64,000 bases of DNA, taken from assembly GCA_040954595.2 (NCBI GenBank), contig CM082586.2, forward strand, positions 5,070,509-5,134,508. Reading direction: 5' to 3'. The DNA comes from Balanoglossus misakiensis. Lineage: Eukaryota; Animalia; Hemichordata. Every line of letters begins with the position of its first letter. Position 1 is the stretch's first letter. The position numbers and the translations under genes are program-made. The notes under the pieces were generated by a model that was given only the letters and a program-made list of their open reading frames with translations, was not told the origin of the DNA and searched no databases. Shown piece by piece: positions 1 to 14,947 of this stretch.

Positions 1-131
1 TATTTTGAGTTTTCCTAGTTAAAAAATCTTGCTTTTCTAAATGTCATTATCTTCCCTAGCTTTTAACTTCCCCCGGGAATCAAATCACAGAAGCTGAACG
101 GCATTGTGGGTAAAAAAGTCAACCACAAACC

Positions 132-150
132 AGAGAGAGAGAGAGAGAGA
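132..150. repeat. (AG)n microsatellite
   Basis: Directly visible in the sequence. Confidence 0.9.
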
Positions 151-2348
151 AAGGGAGAAAGTCAGTAACGAGCTCTCCGAGGAGTTCATAACAGTATTAG
201 TAATCTGTGAAAAGAAGTAGAGGATTACAAGACCCTCTTTATAGACAAGAAAGAATACACGCGAGCAACCGGCCAGAAACAATAGGGACAAACAAAACCC
301 TCAATGGGTCGTCAGAAAAGAAAAAAACCCGCCGATCACTACTTTAAGACGCACCCCATGTTCTGAGACACTTCGCCACAATGATCTGACTCGAAGGCTG
401 GATGGTCTATTGAGAGTCTTGAAGTACATCGCCCAAAGAACTGAGAGACCGTACGGGGCTTTTTTCTTGGCAGCGGGAATTGGCGGGATTTGCCAAACAA
501 ACACCCAATTGCGGGCTTGGAAGAGAATCGAATTTTCCGCCCGCGTACTCTCCAACACACCGATTACGTGAGCGCACAAACCCCGGACAAAGAGCCCTCT
601 GAAACGGCGAATAATGCCCATCCAGGCATAGTCCGAAATCTCTCAGGCCTCCCTTTCAAATCTGAGTTAATTACGGTGCTAGAAGGATTTGCTTTAAAAT
701 AAACGAAGGTCGTTGCGGAGGAGGTGCTCGCTGACTGAAAGTAACGCACTTGTGTGTAAATCTGGTTTTCAGCCTGTCCATCATTTTGTTCCGCCCTGTA
801 ATTCTAAAACATGCGTCCAGCGCACTCTACAGGGCTGCAAAAACAGTCCACTACTTTATTTCAGAACATCGGATCAAGGGGAAAAAGGACATGTCTCATC
901 CAGTTTGATTCTTGCCAACTTTCGCCTGTTCATGTTTTATACACTGCCACGTTTGGCTTTTGAACTTTGAACAAATACTGCAGAGATACGCTTATATTCA
1001 CAGAAACATATTCTATTTTTATTAAACAAAGTTGGCAATATTTTGTGGGTATTTTAATAACGGTTAAGAACTAAATAGATGGAAATTAATATCTTTGGCG
1101 ATGAATTATTGTCTCGACGTAACGCGCGGCTTTTTTCTGTCGCACACTATCCTCGCGCATGTCCGCAAAAGACACCCGCTATGTTCGTCACAAAGAAAGC
1201 GACGACTTGGTTAAAGGTGTGAACATTCATGTATCTACCACCTAGGAACACGATAGACGGCTGATGATTGGCTTTTTGTTGCACGGGGCAGGTGACAGTC
1301 AAGTTGATGAAGAAACGACTCGATTAGCTGAAGGAGCCGAACGCGATAACGAGATCTCTAACGATACCCCCTTTTGTGACGGCAATAATGTGATTTGAAG
1401 GTGTGCGTCTGAGAGTGGAAGCGTTTGCTTAGGAGGAGGGGGGGAGGCCGTTAACGGTTGCTACTGGCTGGGGACAATACTTGAGACAGGTGACGGAGAG
1501 GGCTAGCGCATGTGTGGGGCAGATGGAGACAGATACCGAGAGGCACAGGCAGACACACGCCTAGACAGATAAATAGCCAAAAAGGGTACCGTGCCGTGCA
1601 CGTTGAAATGCAAGAAACAGAAAAAGCGTGTACGGGCAAGCATACACTGACCAAATACAAACCAATCAGGCAGAGATAATAATGAACAGACACAAACTGC
1701 AGAAAACAGACAGACAAACTAACAAGCAGACAGATAGAGAGACGACTATTTATCCTCGCTTGTCAGAAATATTTCAAGTATTATAGCAATTTAAATATGA
1801 CTCGTCAGAGACTTCAAAATTCCTTTTTAAAGAAAAGGAAAGAACACTTTTTTTCTGAGAAGCGACTTTGCCCTCGCATTGAAACTTTTACTGTGCTTCG
1901 ACTTTTTGTGAGGTGATCAGCGACCGTCAGTACCGTTGGATTATTTATGGTGCGGTCTTATTTTTTAAAGACAGCGGTCACTAAGTTGCCGTGCGATATG
2001 GCTTGAAACTAAAGCGCTGCGTAACCGCGTAAACTAAATCCGCCGAAGACAACGGGAAGCGATCGAAAGTTTCCAAATAGTTTTGTGTGGATCTCATTTC
2101 GAATGCATGGAGGTATGACAGGAATGCCATTGAGCGATTTTTTGCGATGTTCGAATACACTAAGACGATTTGTGTACGAGTGCTTGTCTTTGTTTGGGGT
2201 TCATTGTAGCGGTTATGCCCTTTGTTGATACACACAAGGGGAGAGAGTATAGGCCTGACTTTTTAAACAGGCATTGCGCAAGAAAACGGGTAAGGTTTCG
2301 AGATAGGTGTTAATACCGGATATGAAATTATGAATAAAAAGTACTCAC

Positions 2349-3078
2349 CGTCGTCCTTGAGTCCGAGTCCCGACAGGGCATGACCCGGCAGCTGCTCGTT
2401 GAAGGGGTTCTTCACGTAGCCGTAGAGAACGGTGTCTATCTCCGCCTGGGTGAATAGAGACGGCAGCGGGTAGGGTATGGTGACCGGCGGCGGTGGGTGA
2501 TGATGCTGCTGCTGGGTGGTTAGTCGGCTGACCGTCTGGGTGCTTCGGGGCCCGGCGATGGTCGACGTCGCCGGCTGTGGTGGGTGCGGCTGCAGGGAGC
2601 GGACGGCCGGGAGCCGAGTGTGGTGGTGGTGGTGCGCGGGCGCCATGTGAGCGACGCTGACGTGGTCCATCGGTGACGGCAGGCGGTGGTGGTGGTGGTG
2701 GTGTTGGGGCAACGCTGGCGGTATCTGTAGCGGCGGTGGCATCGAACCGAGCTGCGAAGCTTTGGAGCGCGTCTGCCAGTCCATCGCAAATCTGAAAACC
2801 AACATATACAGAGAGTAAGACAATAGAATTTTGTTTTGAATATCTCCGGCCGACCCTTTTCCATATCTGCTGGTACGTAAATCACAGTTGGAGACACCAA
2901 AGGGATTGTTAATTTCAAAGTAATAAAAGAGTACAGATATCAAAGACGTTTGAAACGAACATGACAAAGGGCGCGCGCGCGTGCACATGAGCCCCCCTGT
3001 CCGTTTTACGCGGATCCAGGATTTTTACCTAGTAGGTGATGATGTCTTGATGTCCGAGTGGTCAGAACTGAGGACCAT
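2349..3078 (-). CDS. PRDM14: 5' part of a probable PR/SET-domain zinc-finger transcription factor (PRDM14-like); remainder lies left of the window
   Basis: Exon 2791..2349 has acceptor ttttcag|ATTTGCG and donor GACG|gtgagt. It encodes a His/Pro-rich N-terminus ending FTQAEIDTVLYGY...GHALSGL, which resembles the PRDM14 pre-SET segment FTEEDLHFVLYG...HHAISGL (recalled). A likely upstream coding exon 3078..3029 (aacatcATGg, MVLSSDHSDIKTSSPT, donor AG|gtaaaa) joins in frame. No SET domain or zinc fingers are in the window, and PRDM6 has a related motif. Confidence 0.6.
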
Positions 3079-6000
3079 GATGTTGTCGTCAGCCGAGCCA
3101 AGACTGGCGTGAACATATGGGTCAGTCGTGTAGCCCTATTGTCCGCAAACGTGTACTCCTTTGTTGGCATATGTCAAAACCCCTTGTAATCCCCTGGACC
3201 GAACATTACAGCCAATGACACGAAGACAATGGCACATAATTGGGTGGTGATCTTTGGCGAGAAGGTCTTTATTTGATTGTGGCTCTCGTATAAAGAGCCC
3301 CCTCCAGACGCAACCGCGTTTGCTTCCGCGCGTAGAACAAAAAAAATTCTGACGACAGTACAGCCATCGTTTTTAATCATTGAAGTCAAACTTTTGCCGG
3401 ATTCTCAACCGTAATGCTTCCCCGCAAGAAATTCTCAGGAATTTGGCTTGTTCGATTTTTTTTTTCAGATGACAGAAGTTAAATAAGAAATTGACCACGC
3501 GCCGGTATTAGGCAGTTAATAAAACCACTTGTCTGAAACTAACAAGTGAAGAGACTCCGAAATCTACGATCCCCACAAACGCGCTCAAGATAATAAGTGC
3601 ATCAGGAATACACTGAGACGGTGGCAACTACAAAATAAGTTCAACTTTCTGGTGAATCTTTAGAGAAAAACCGCTGTAACCACACCCGAGCTTCCTAAAT
3701 TTCAATAGGTTCCTAATTAGCATGAAAACTGTGTCGAATTCGTTGGGGGGGGGGGGGCGAAGAAAAACGAATGACTCAATAGACTGAACAACTGTGCCGG
3801 ATTGAACGATTTTATCCCGGTATCCGAATGGAGAAAAAAGCCAAAAGCGTTTAAAACACTGGACCACAGGAAAATATAGGATATATAACAACATTTTGCC
3901 TTTTTGGGGCTGTCCATATACCATGAAATCATGGTAGATGTGGACAACGTGACTTTGAGCGCACTAGATAGAGTACCTGAGCTGTCTGCGTTCGATTCTG
4001 TTCGCGCTTCCCTTGTCTATCACGACTCTTAGTATAATTACGGTAAGTGTAGGGTGTTGATTAGGAGGAAAATTAATCACATCACTGTCGTCAGTTCTCG
4101 CACGTTATCTGCTCGTTTATCTCTGTCTTAACAGAAAAGTTGTTCTGCAGAATGTAACGGTGCCCGCGTGATTTACCGGCCTGTCAGCAATTTCACAGCA
4201 TAAAGCGTTCCCACGTTAACTGCACATTTACACCGTTAACTACAACCAATGTCAATCAAAGAGATTAACAGGCCGCTATGTCATGATAATGAGGGGGCTC
4301 CTTAATTATCTAGTCTAATCTGCATTCATTTGGAAGTTTTTACGTTCTTTCTTTCAAAGATTCTGTTGGAAGTTGGTGTGCACATCTTTCTGTCCGCGTC
4401 GAGGGAAATGGGGAAATATAGAACAGCCCCGCGGAAGGCCTATCCTCATAGGTTACAAGGCGTGGTTTAAACACCTGTTTGAAAGGCGACCTAGCAAAAG
4501 AACTGACCACACACAAAACCAACCGAACGAGACCGCCAAACATCAGCTCAAAAATGGCGTCCTAAAAGAAACCAATGACACGGTGTATATACATGTACAC
4601 ACTCTCTGAGAACAGGTATCCGCTTATACCACCCGCTTCCACGGATGACAACAAATAGTGCGATACCACAGTAAGTCGTGCCCGTGCGCGGAACGAGGAT
4701 TATTCGGGGAAAGTTCATGTGCGTCTCCACAGCTCAGAATTCATAGCACCTGTATTGCAAACAATAAATGGCACTGGTTTTGTGACTTCTGCATATTAAA
4801 AAATTTGGTCTCAATAAAACGGCTTACGATTCTTTGTTTTTCAACTACCAAACCCGAGTGCCTATTTTGCGAGGCTTTGCCGCGGACCTCTTAAAACTTC
4901 TTAATTTAATCTTGTACGGTTCGAAAAAGCTACCAAAATGGATCTCTTCGGAGCCCGAATGGGACAGGTGGCTAAGAAGAGCATGAGAGACGTACATTTT
5001 TTGTCAAAGATGTGATTGAAAAATAATGTATTGATTCTGGCGACCGACAAAAACAGTTTTGTATACTAATCAAGTGGCTTGCTAATGTTGACTAACTAGA
5101 TTCTTGCCATATTTGAGCAACGGGAACAAAAACAACACAAACTGTCGAAAACAGACTTCAAAACATTAACTGGGGCCCACTGTTTCATTGTTTTCAAAGC
5201 GTGCTACAAGTGTACTTTGAGTTTACCTACTCCCTTTAATGTTAATATTCTGCTACCAGGCAAAATAAGAAGACACCTGTCCGCGCCGAATAATTGTTTA
5301 GAGCGACAATCGAGAACAGTTAGATCGATTGCAAAGGTATTTAAGTTTAGGTTATTTGCATTTGTGCTTCGTTCAGAAGTGGACTCGGATCTGCGAATTG
5401 TGACCCTTCAAAGCAAACAACGAGAGATAAAAAAAAACAGTACTTCGTAGTCGTTCGGTACATTCTCTTCACCCGGGGAAATTTGTCTCGAACGGCGGCG
5501 GGGTCGGTGTTTTACTCCCCGTTGCCGCCTCGCCGCACTACCCTGCCACGCTTCCGTCACTCTAATCGACGGGACGTCACACGCTATACCGGCATTTTTG
5601 TCTCGAGTCCCGCTTGGAATTTACAGTGTTAGGCGCATTGTACATTTGCATGACAAAAAGGTGTTAATCGCTACTTCGGTAGTAAACTTCGCCGCGGAGA
5701 AAAAAAATATGGGTATCTTTAATTCATGCTGGTATGACATGTACACAACCGAACAATTGTGCTACTCCCCGTTAAGTCCTCATCGACGTTACTTATTTTT
5801 AAAATATGAATTATAATGAACTACCTTGCTGAATGGATGGATAGAAACGCGTGATAGTCAGATGAACTAGACTTCTGACGACTTCTGCCTTGACATGAAA
5901 ATATACCTTTATTCTTAAAACACTTCTTGTTTCATCAAATCCAAACAGCGTTTAATAAAACGTGATATGCACGTTGGAGATTTTGAGTCTTTGCCTTAAA

Positions 6001-9000
6001 TTCCACGCGTGAAATTTCTACTTCGCATAAAAGCATTTAACCCCGAGCTTTAGAATTTATGATAGACTTTCTTGAAACCTGCTCGAAACGTCATGGTTTG
6101 ACATGCACGAGATGCGTTGCCCCCACCTGCCTAATTAATATGCAAAGTATGCTCAAATTTACATATTGTTTATTCCCGAACACCTTGAGGCCCACCCCTC
6201 CCTGTAACCAATAGAGAAAGGGTGCGATAGTCTTGCCCGCACCCTGAAGAGTTCAACCAATGGAACTGCCCGAGCGTATTTCAAGGCTAAACCGATGGAC
6301 ATCTGTGTGGCGACTGCCATGCCACGGAAAATATAATTTGGCGAGAGAAAAACAGCAAACTTTCGCCGTTCAGCTATCCACGTTACCCGAGCGCGGTTTC
6401 ACATAAAAGGCGAAGGAATAAAACATATACATGGCAGGCAGACACTGTCCTACATGTACCTTGAGAAGTTTAGTTTCAACTTGACATTTACACGTGTCAC
6501 ACCCAATTCATGAGATAGTTGTGATGGGGTTTTGAAATGCAGTGAACTGAAGGTTGTAGATTTTTGTCTCGCAGTGAATCACGGCAGTTTATCAGTCATG
6601 ATGACTACACGAATCGGAAAGCGGATCAGTATGCACAGACCCATTGATGTAAAGACGTCCGCAACTTGACATAACACGAATTTCATCAATGTAAAAGTGT
6701 ATGATAAACGCAATTTACCTCCACGATATCATGGTTCCCCTTCAGAATGACTGGCACAACAGAATCCAGGAGAGTCCGTTTACAGCCTCCGAATTTCGCG
6801 GCTCCGGCACAACGCTGATTATCGCCCCGCCAAACGCTCTCCCCTCAACCGCTCGCTGTACAGAGCAAGAGACGATCGCGCAAAGAACCACACGGTGTGT
6901 CTCCTCCAAGTCAGGTCTCCACCGAACACACCGCGCCCTGTCGCCTCGACCGCCGTCCCTACCGCAATGCTCGGTTTTGCCCGACTCGAAGTCGAACCGA
7001 AACTTTGCACTCATCCCTTAACATGATCACACCTGTTCGTTTTATTAGGTTCTCCAATCAGCATTCAGTGTAGCCACCTTGCCCCTTTCTATGGGTTGAT
7101 GGTCGTTATATCGACCAAAGCTTGCGCAGTTTGATTTACATCGCTGTCTTACTCGGTTTATTTATTCCCTATAAAAACTAAACGAAAAAAAACCCTGAGA
7201 AATGTGGATTTCAGATGATGAATGTACAGTCGGGAAAATTGCCCCTTCATTAACCCGAACAATGTCTTTGAAATTAACCCTGGCTGCGCTAGACTGCTAT
7301 TCCAGCGTTCTATTATCCCCGAGGGACCAATCGAAGTAGTTTTGCGTAACCAAACTGGCCTTCCGTCCCCGTACATCTACTCAGTCCCCGAAATAAAGGA
7401 ACGAATTGGCTTTTTTCTTCTTCGCCTCGTATCGCCGAGCAAACATCGACGAAAGGAACCGGTCGGTTTGTCAGGAAACCCTTTCAACAACGCCGTTGCC
7501 CCTTAGTTTGTTTGCAGACACGGCGCGAATTCTACCTTTCGATTTTAACTTTAGACACTAGACCCGGGGCGCTGCTGTGTCCTATTGTCCGGTAGCGGGC
7601 CGGGTCTGCACTGACAGAGGTCTTTATACCGCTCGCTGCAGCGAACAGAAAAGAATAATTATATCCTCACACAAGATCTCTTATTCTTAACTTTAGTGAA
7701 TAATACAACCGATTTGCGCGATTCATTATTTAGCGTGTCCGCGACTATCGGGGTATCGACTGTGTCTTATAATTGCTACATGAGATATATGATGCAGAAA
7801 GGGTAATGTATTGATTTCAGAACACACAGTGTAACAATTATTCGCTCTTTAACACAAAATTCCCGTAATGAAATGAAGCTGGAGTATCATATAAGTCCGC
7901 GGGGTACTTGGAGAGATGAAAACGGTCCCAAGGTTTTTAACGTGTAACCTTATCTGAACATTTCAGGGTAGATGGGCGGGGCAGTTTCGGGATGATTTCC
8001 ACGTGCCAGAAGCTGTGACCTTTCACCAAAGGATGATTCGCAATCCCAGAAAGAATCCTCCGCGATTATCCATATCTGATAGACCGATATAGCTTCCCCA
8101 TACAGCCCCGTAATTTTCATTCTGGTTACCGTGGCCCAGAGGAAATGCAGACAGCAATTCTATTCACTTTATTTTAATGTTTACCAAGAAAACTGCTTCC
8201 CTTTTGTGTGATGAACCAAAAATTGTAAAATTGACACTACTTTGCTACGGGAGGGGGTGATCATTCAAACCACCGGCTTTCCAGTCAGACAGCTCAACAA
8301 ATTTGCGGTTTGGAAGAAGAAAAAAGCCCAGACAATCTGGTGGAATAGATTCGTCGGTTTATCTGCCAAATTGCCGGCGCAAGAGTCGTTAAAATGAAGA
8401 TTTCGTGGCGGCGGTGTAGCTTTAATTCGCCACCATTGTGAGGCATTTAATGTCCTTCTCTCCTCCTCACAAAGCCGATAGGATTAGCTTTGCTCCGCGT
8501 TAAGCATCTTAGAGTGTTAGCAAGTAAACCCGAAATTGAAACTAAGATGCGATGTGAAACAATAAAATAATATGAACCCGTATTGGTTGGATAATCACTA
8601 GATTTGCTTTCGTCCTGTTTATTTTGAAATAAAAGATGGAGTTACCGAACCAAAGCAGGATTATTAGGGATATTTTCCAACGCACAATCGGATTGATTAT
8701 AATACAATATCCAGATTTAGAAACGAAGCCTGGACCATTTTGCCCAAGCGCTGTTCACGGAAACGGTAAAACGTTTGCAATCTAAGAATAAAGACAATCA
8801 AAGCACTTGCAATCGTAGATCCAGGTATGTTCAGACTGAATGATTGGTACCAATATCTCATTATCACACTGGCCGATACACTATTGCGGAAAGATGAAGT
8901 TGATTTTCTTGAAAACGGAATTTAGAAACGTCTGTTTAATCTTCAATCAACAATAAATAATGTTTGGCACGTAATAACCGTAAAACGTTTTGATTTCCAC

Positions 9001-10394
9001 CAACTGTGCGTTGAGATCGGAATCGGATCGGTCTAACATTTGAAATCCGATAGACGTGCGCCTGTTAGCATTACACAAAAAACAACTGGCAACCTGATTG
9101 CAAGCGAACTACACCGCGCAATATGACACTCGAGGCGAATTTTGAGATAGATAGGTTGGGTGCCCCCGGGTGCCAGAGAAGTCCGTTCGAGCCGAAATGA
9201 CCCGCGCGTACGGTATATGCAGTAATTTCTCGACAGGCAAAATCAGTCTGATTATATCTGTCTTACCTTTAATCTATCACAAATTTGAACACACACTTGG
9301 ATTTTTGTACCAGCAATTAATCAGATCCCGGCATTTTTTGTTAAACGAAAGTAAAGGGCGTGGCCAGAGTCAGCAGCAGAGTCAGCAGAATATGGTAGAA
9401 CGATCTAGACCGGGGAGTCTGAGTTGAATATCATGTTCTCATCAATTAGCAGAGATGTTTCGCGTCAGCCTTGATCATGATTGATGTTGAAGACGCGATC
9501 TGATCTGTTGGTACACGCTCCGACTGTACCATCATGATAACCATATAACGGTACTTGCATATGCTGTATGCGGCCCAACCATGCCATAAGCTTACGGCTT
9601 AGTGCATTTCTATTAAAACGCGTTAGATTTGACATTTAACAACAGAACCCCCAAAATTGTCAGATGACGTCAAAGGATGACGGTATCAATTATGCTCTTA
9701 CAAATCCATTTTCAAGTTAAAATTTACGCCAATATTGTCTTAAAACAGTGGATCTAGACTGGTGTCCATCTTTTAGATGGGTCTGGAACGACAAACATCT
9801 TGACTAGCGTTAACCCCCCCCCCTCCTCCGCCCGCAATCTGTCAACCCCACCGAGGACGCTTGCAGACGCCCGAGAAATAATTGCTCCCCGATCCGTCTG
9901 TGTAAAACAATAGGACAGGCCGAAGCGAGAGGTATCAGCGCGTTTTATTACGGCGCACACAAGACGTGCAACACGTCACCGGTTCTGTGCAAAAACAACA
10001 AAAACGACGCGGCCACAATATGATCATATTCACATCAAAATTAAGCCTTAATCCAGTTTGCAGTGAAAATTAATTGCACCGCCCCTTGAGAAATTGCGAT
10101 TGTTTTTCGTCAAATGGTATTTGTTCTGACGCCGTATTTTTGATTCATTTTGGCCATTGTACGCGATTCACGGCCACAGCTGGTGTTTTTATAGATAATG
10201 CATTTTCCCCAAAGGAATTCACTGATATAGAAATGGTGTGTTTGTTTTTTGAGACTTCTTCACTTTTAGTGCAAACCTGCTGGTGTTAAGTTGTGATAAA
10301 GCTTGACAATTAAAACGCATTACATGAATGGACAAGATATGTGTATTTTATGATGTTATTTGACGTGTCACGATTATCATTGTGCACACAAACA

Positions 10395-10424
10395 CTGTCT
10401 GTCAGTCAGTCAGTCAGTCAGTCA

Positions 10425-10468
<44 letters not shown>
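10395..10468. repeat. (GTCA)n-(GTCT)n microsatellite
   Basis: Directly visible in the sequence. Confidence 0.95.
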
Positions 10469-10935
10469 ATGGTAGCCAACTTTAGAATAGTGAACTTCAA
10501 TACAGGATAAAACACATACACATACGCGTTATATAGATAATAATATTCACCGTTGAATTTTTACATTTCTTTGACAAGCTTGGCTTTGTATATAATAATT
10601 GTAATTTTCACTTTAAAACTGCCTTAGACCTCGCTTCGAGACAAACGACATACCTGTCTTTACCGCGCCAAGATATCCTGTCAAAAATTAATTATCCTCA
10701 ATATTTTATGGACAAGCTCGCGTGAAAATGAAATAATACAATGTACAGTGCTGGAACTTTGAGGTGATGATTTTCCATATTTCGCGAAAAATGTGCGCAG
10801 TTTGAAAGAACTGTGCGATTTCATGCAGTCGTGTCGTACTTCAAACGGTTCAATTTTAAGATGACGCTTTAAGACAGCATAAGTTGTATTTCAGAATTAA
10901 TATATGATTTAAGAGGAAGCAACGCGTCTTGGTTA

Positions 10936-11015
10936 CTCTCTCTCTCTTTTCTCTCTCTCCCTCTCTACCTCCCACCCTCCCTCAACCCCTCTCTCTCTCC
11001 CTCCCCCTCTCTCTC
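10936..11015. repeat. CT-rich polypyrimidine tract
   Basis: Directly visible in the sequence. Confidence 0.85.
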
Positions 11016-14000
11016 CGATTTTGCAGAAACCGTCTTTTACCGATTGGTACTCCGCCATGGCTAAGTTGGTTGGTCGTTTTTTGGGGGGCTTGCTAAGTTT
11101 TTTTTGATGTTATGAAAATTGAGTTCTAACGGTCGCTTTTTCCAATTATGCTAAGCTGTCACAAACCACTCACGGGCTTAAGTTGTTCAAGTGTACGTGT
11201 AATCCCATTAAAACGAGAGCTCGGGAAAAGTGCTGCGCTTCAGCAGTGCATGGAACAGATCTTTGGAAACGTTCAACTTCAATAAGTATCAGACAGACAG
11301 TCTATGTGACAGTAATGCTCGCGCTCCTGGTGACAACAGATCGTTTCGCGACCCCCCCACCCCTCTGTCGTCTACCACTGTACCAGATCAGCACGAAATC
11401 GTACAAAAGACAAGCGAATCAGTCAAAACTTGTGAAATTCTCCAAAAGTGAAATTGTCTCCGCTTACCCGAACGGCATCACAAAAGGCAGGCAGTGGCCA
11501 CCCTCCATACTTGAACGAAGGTTCTATCTGATTTTGTCGTCTCGAGTCTCGAACAAGGGTTGCTCCAAGTGGCTCTAAGTGGCTCGGTGACACGTTTACA
11601 ACCCTCCTACTTCGGTCTCCGGTATAAGTCCACACGGATCCGAGCCTGTGGAGTCAATAACATGTTGTTTTTGTAAGTCATCCAGCGCATGCGCGTGTCA
11701 ACAGGTTTTGATAACTTAATGCGTAAGACCGGTTGCAGCCGCAGATCAAAGGGGCGAGCCGACAATTGTTTGTTTATGTTCAATTTGCATGCTATTGTGA
11801 TTAGTTAATTATAATTATATTGTCGATTAGGACTTGTAGTTTAAACTTTCCATGTGCATTGGCCAATGTATTCTTTCCCTTAATGGCCCGTCTCCCCCCA
11901 CTTTTCGCCAATTTCCCGCTCATTTAACAGAGCAATTATTCAGAGTCAGACGGGGAAATTGTTCGCGTATGCGTGAAAAGGTGGGTGTGAGTGATACGTG
12001 GTCTTCTGCATCATGAGAACGGAAACGGAAGCTGTTGCTCGAGTTTGTGCGGCAGTGAAAGTGAACGCGCGGCCGTTCGCGAGCGCACTCGAAATATAAT
12101 CAGATTTGTCTGAAGGAGCACGCACTTTCTCGCGCGCGCCCATCTGAGAAATAGCTGTCACTGCGCGCGCGCTGTCTCAGTGTCCGCCGTCACCTTAACA
12201 ACGGGAGACTTACACGAAACGCATTGCTTCATGTTTCTTATTAAGAAATCCAACGCTCAAATTTCACATTAAATATTAGCACGATAATTGCAATGAAACA
12301 CGGATAGGCACCGTTGAAAACACTTCACCGTTGGACATGAAAACCAGTGAGAAAAAAAAAACACATGACATTAAATTTTACCAAAATTCTCCTTTCCCTG
12401 AAATGGATAAAACCAATAATTTTTTGAAGCTCGGAAAATTAGCGAGGGTTATTAGTAAATGTATTATTTACAGACTCAATGATTAGTGCTGAGTGCGATT
12501 GCACTCAGCAAGCGAGAATAATTTTTAATATTTTAAAAACGCCAAATTCGCACCGTGGATACAATTAACTTCCCTAACGCCCCAAGAGCAACGTTAACAG
12601 AAAGCCAGTATCTTCACGACGGCCTGTAACAAGTCCGATTGGTTCCTGTAGCGAGAGTGCCCCTTGTAATCGAACACTGCTCCAACGCAGATTTTTTTAC
12701 GAAGCGCAGTTAAGTCGACCCCAACACCTTTTATTCGCTGGGACCCTTTAGCTCTGGGCGCCCATTTACTATTTATTGCGTGTGATCCACGCTGACCCTG
12801 GCGCGCGAATTTGACGGGGTTCCCCCGCGTCGGGGTCGCGACCTCATCGAAACTTAGGTTTGAACATTGCTTTTGCCTTTGGATTGTCGCGTCGATGTGT
12901 CAAGAGGCCCGGTTCTAACAAAAGACTCTTCTCGCTCATTTAAATAGTGTCGATGAAACCAAATCGGGATATGTCAGGAGATATCTTTGAATACTATGGC
13001 ATACAATAAGGTAGACAGAACAACATAACAAGGATACCAGAAGAAAATAAAAACCAAAATGATGTCAAAAGTTACGGACTTTGGCTCTTTAAAAGAGTCG
13101 CTTATTCACCTGTCGGTTCCATAGTCAATTTTAGTCTCTGAATGATTTGGCGAAAATCGAACACCCTGACGTCAAAAGTCAAGCACAGTTGCAAATCGAC
13201 GCAAAACATAAAGTGTCGCTTCTTCCTGTGCAGTTTGACATTTTATATTTGCAGCCGTCATTACCGTCTGGATCGATGCCTGTTCACTTTTTCACACATT
13301 CACGCAAGCCAAAACTCGGAAATGAAAAAGAATAATCTGAAATGCACTACAACCGGAAAAAAAATTGTGTGAACATCTGTAATAATGGATGTTTCACTTC
13401 AGAAGCGGATGTCGTCACTAATTATTTAACACCAGTCCTTGTCTCGTTGATTGGTCGTGGCTGTGTCATTGTCGTAAACCAATGGCCTCTTTTACGGCAA
13501 CCGTCACCATTGCGCTAGAGAAAAGCTGGTACAGATGATCAAAGAAAACATCAACCGATACCTGGTTTCTTAATTTGAATGAGAGAATAAATTGGTATTT
13601 CTGATAAATTTGGCTGCAATATTCCGAAGAAGGAGGGTGATAATTTCCCTCCAAACAAAAGTAAGGGTATAATTTCAGACGCTCGTCTCTCTTCTAACAT
13701 GAGAGACGAGGAAGCGAGAGCTTGCAGGCCAACTCCCTTTTTGTTTCAAAACGTCGGGATTTGTGAAAAATGTTCAGAATTAAACATACGCACAACGTTT
13801 TTGTAGCTGACTTGCTTTGGAATAGCGTTTAACATTACGTCACGCGCGTGCGTGCGCGCCCACCGCCGGCGTTACTAAGCGATAACTCATAGAAGAATTC
13901 TTTAGAGTCGAGCTCGCTTACAGAACGCCCGCCAGGCATATTCTACTGTATCGTTTACCAATTGATAAAAAGTATTAGAAGATTAAAATTTGACAGACGC

Positions 14001-14732
14001 GCGTGAATCGTGTTACAGATCACTCTTCAAAATGTATTCTAAGAAAAAAATGAAATCTTTGTGGGATAGGTACAGTAGATTTTTTTTATTTAATCGGGGA
14101 GAAACTACTAAAGGTTTCTTTCAAATGTAGTCTATGAAATTCGAGTTGCGTCTTTCCTAATCATATTAAAATCTTTTCGAAAATTACGAAGTATGGGACC
14201 GTCTTGTTTGAAGTTCTGGGGAAGCTATAAATGACACGCGGATCAAATAATCGACTTCAGAAATCGTCCCAATTTGATTTCTTCTAAGCGGAGGATGTTT
14301 CTTGTGTAGAAATGGTTGGTTCACGGCGTAACTCTACCCACTCTACACCTTCATTTTTTATTCATGCGACGTTCGGGTCGCGTTTTCTGCTGCGAAATTA
14401 ATGCTACAAGAGGTCGGGGGGATTTAAATTCTCAGAAAAGTGAAAGTCAGATTTTCACACGGCCATCGGTATTTTTTTTATCAATCGTTTTTGTTTCAAA
14501 GATCCTTGACAATGGACGTAACACATACGTGACAGTTGCGAGTAAATGCGAAAAGGAGCAATTACGTTGCAATTAATCTTTGTTCCGAAACTCAATTTTG
14601 TGCAAACGAAGGAGCCAGGAAATGTACTCCTAAAATCAATGAAGTGTCAAGTAGACATTAAGAGGTGGGGTGGTTGTATGAGCAACGAATGTCAATATTG
14701 GCGTAAATCATAATTTGCAATAAGTATCTTTA

Positions 14733-14947
<215 letters not shown>

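Noticed and set aside
301-749. Overlapping ORFs as further PRDM14 exons
   Set aside because: No PR/SET or zinc-finger residues appear in the listed frames; the region is more likely intronic.
6241-6275. Hammerhead-like CTGAAGA plus short stem (also CTGATGA at 56351)
   Set aside because: The conserved GAAA and the other stems are not correctly placed.
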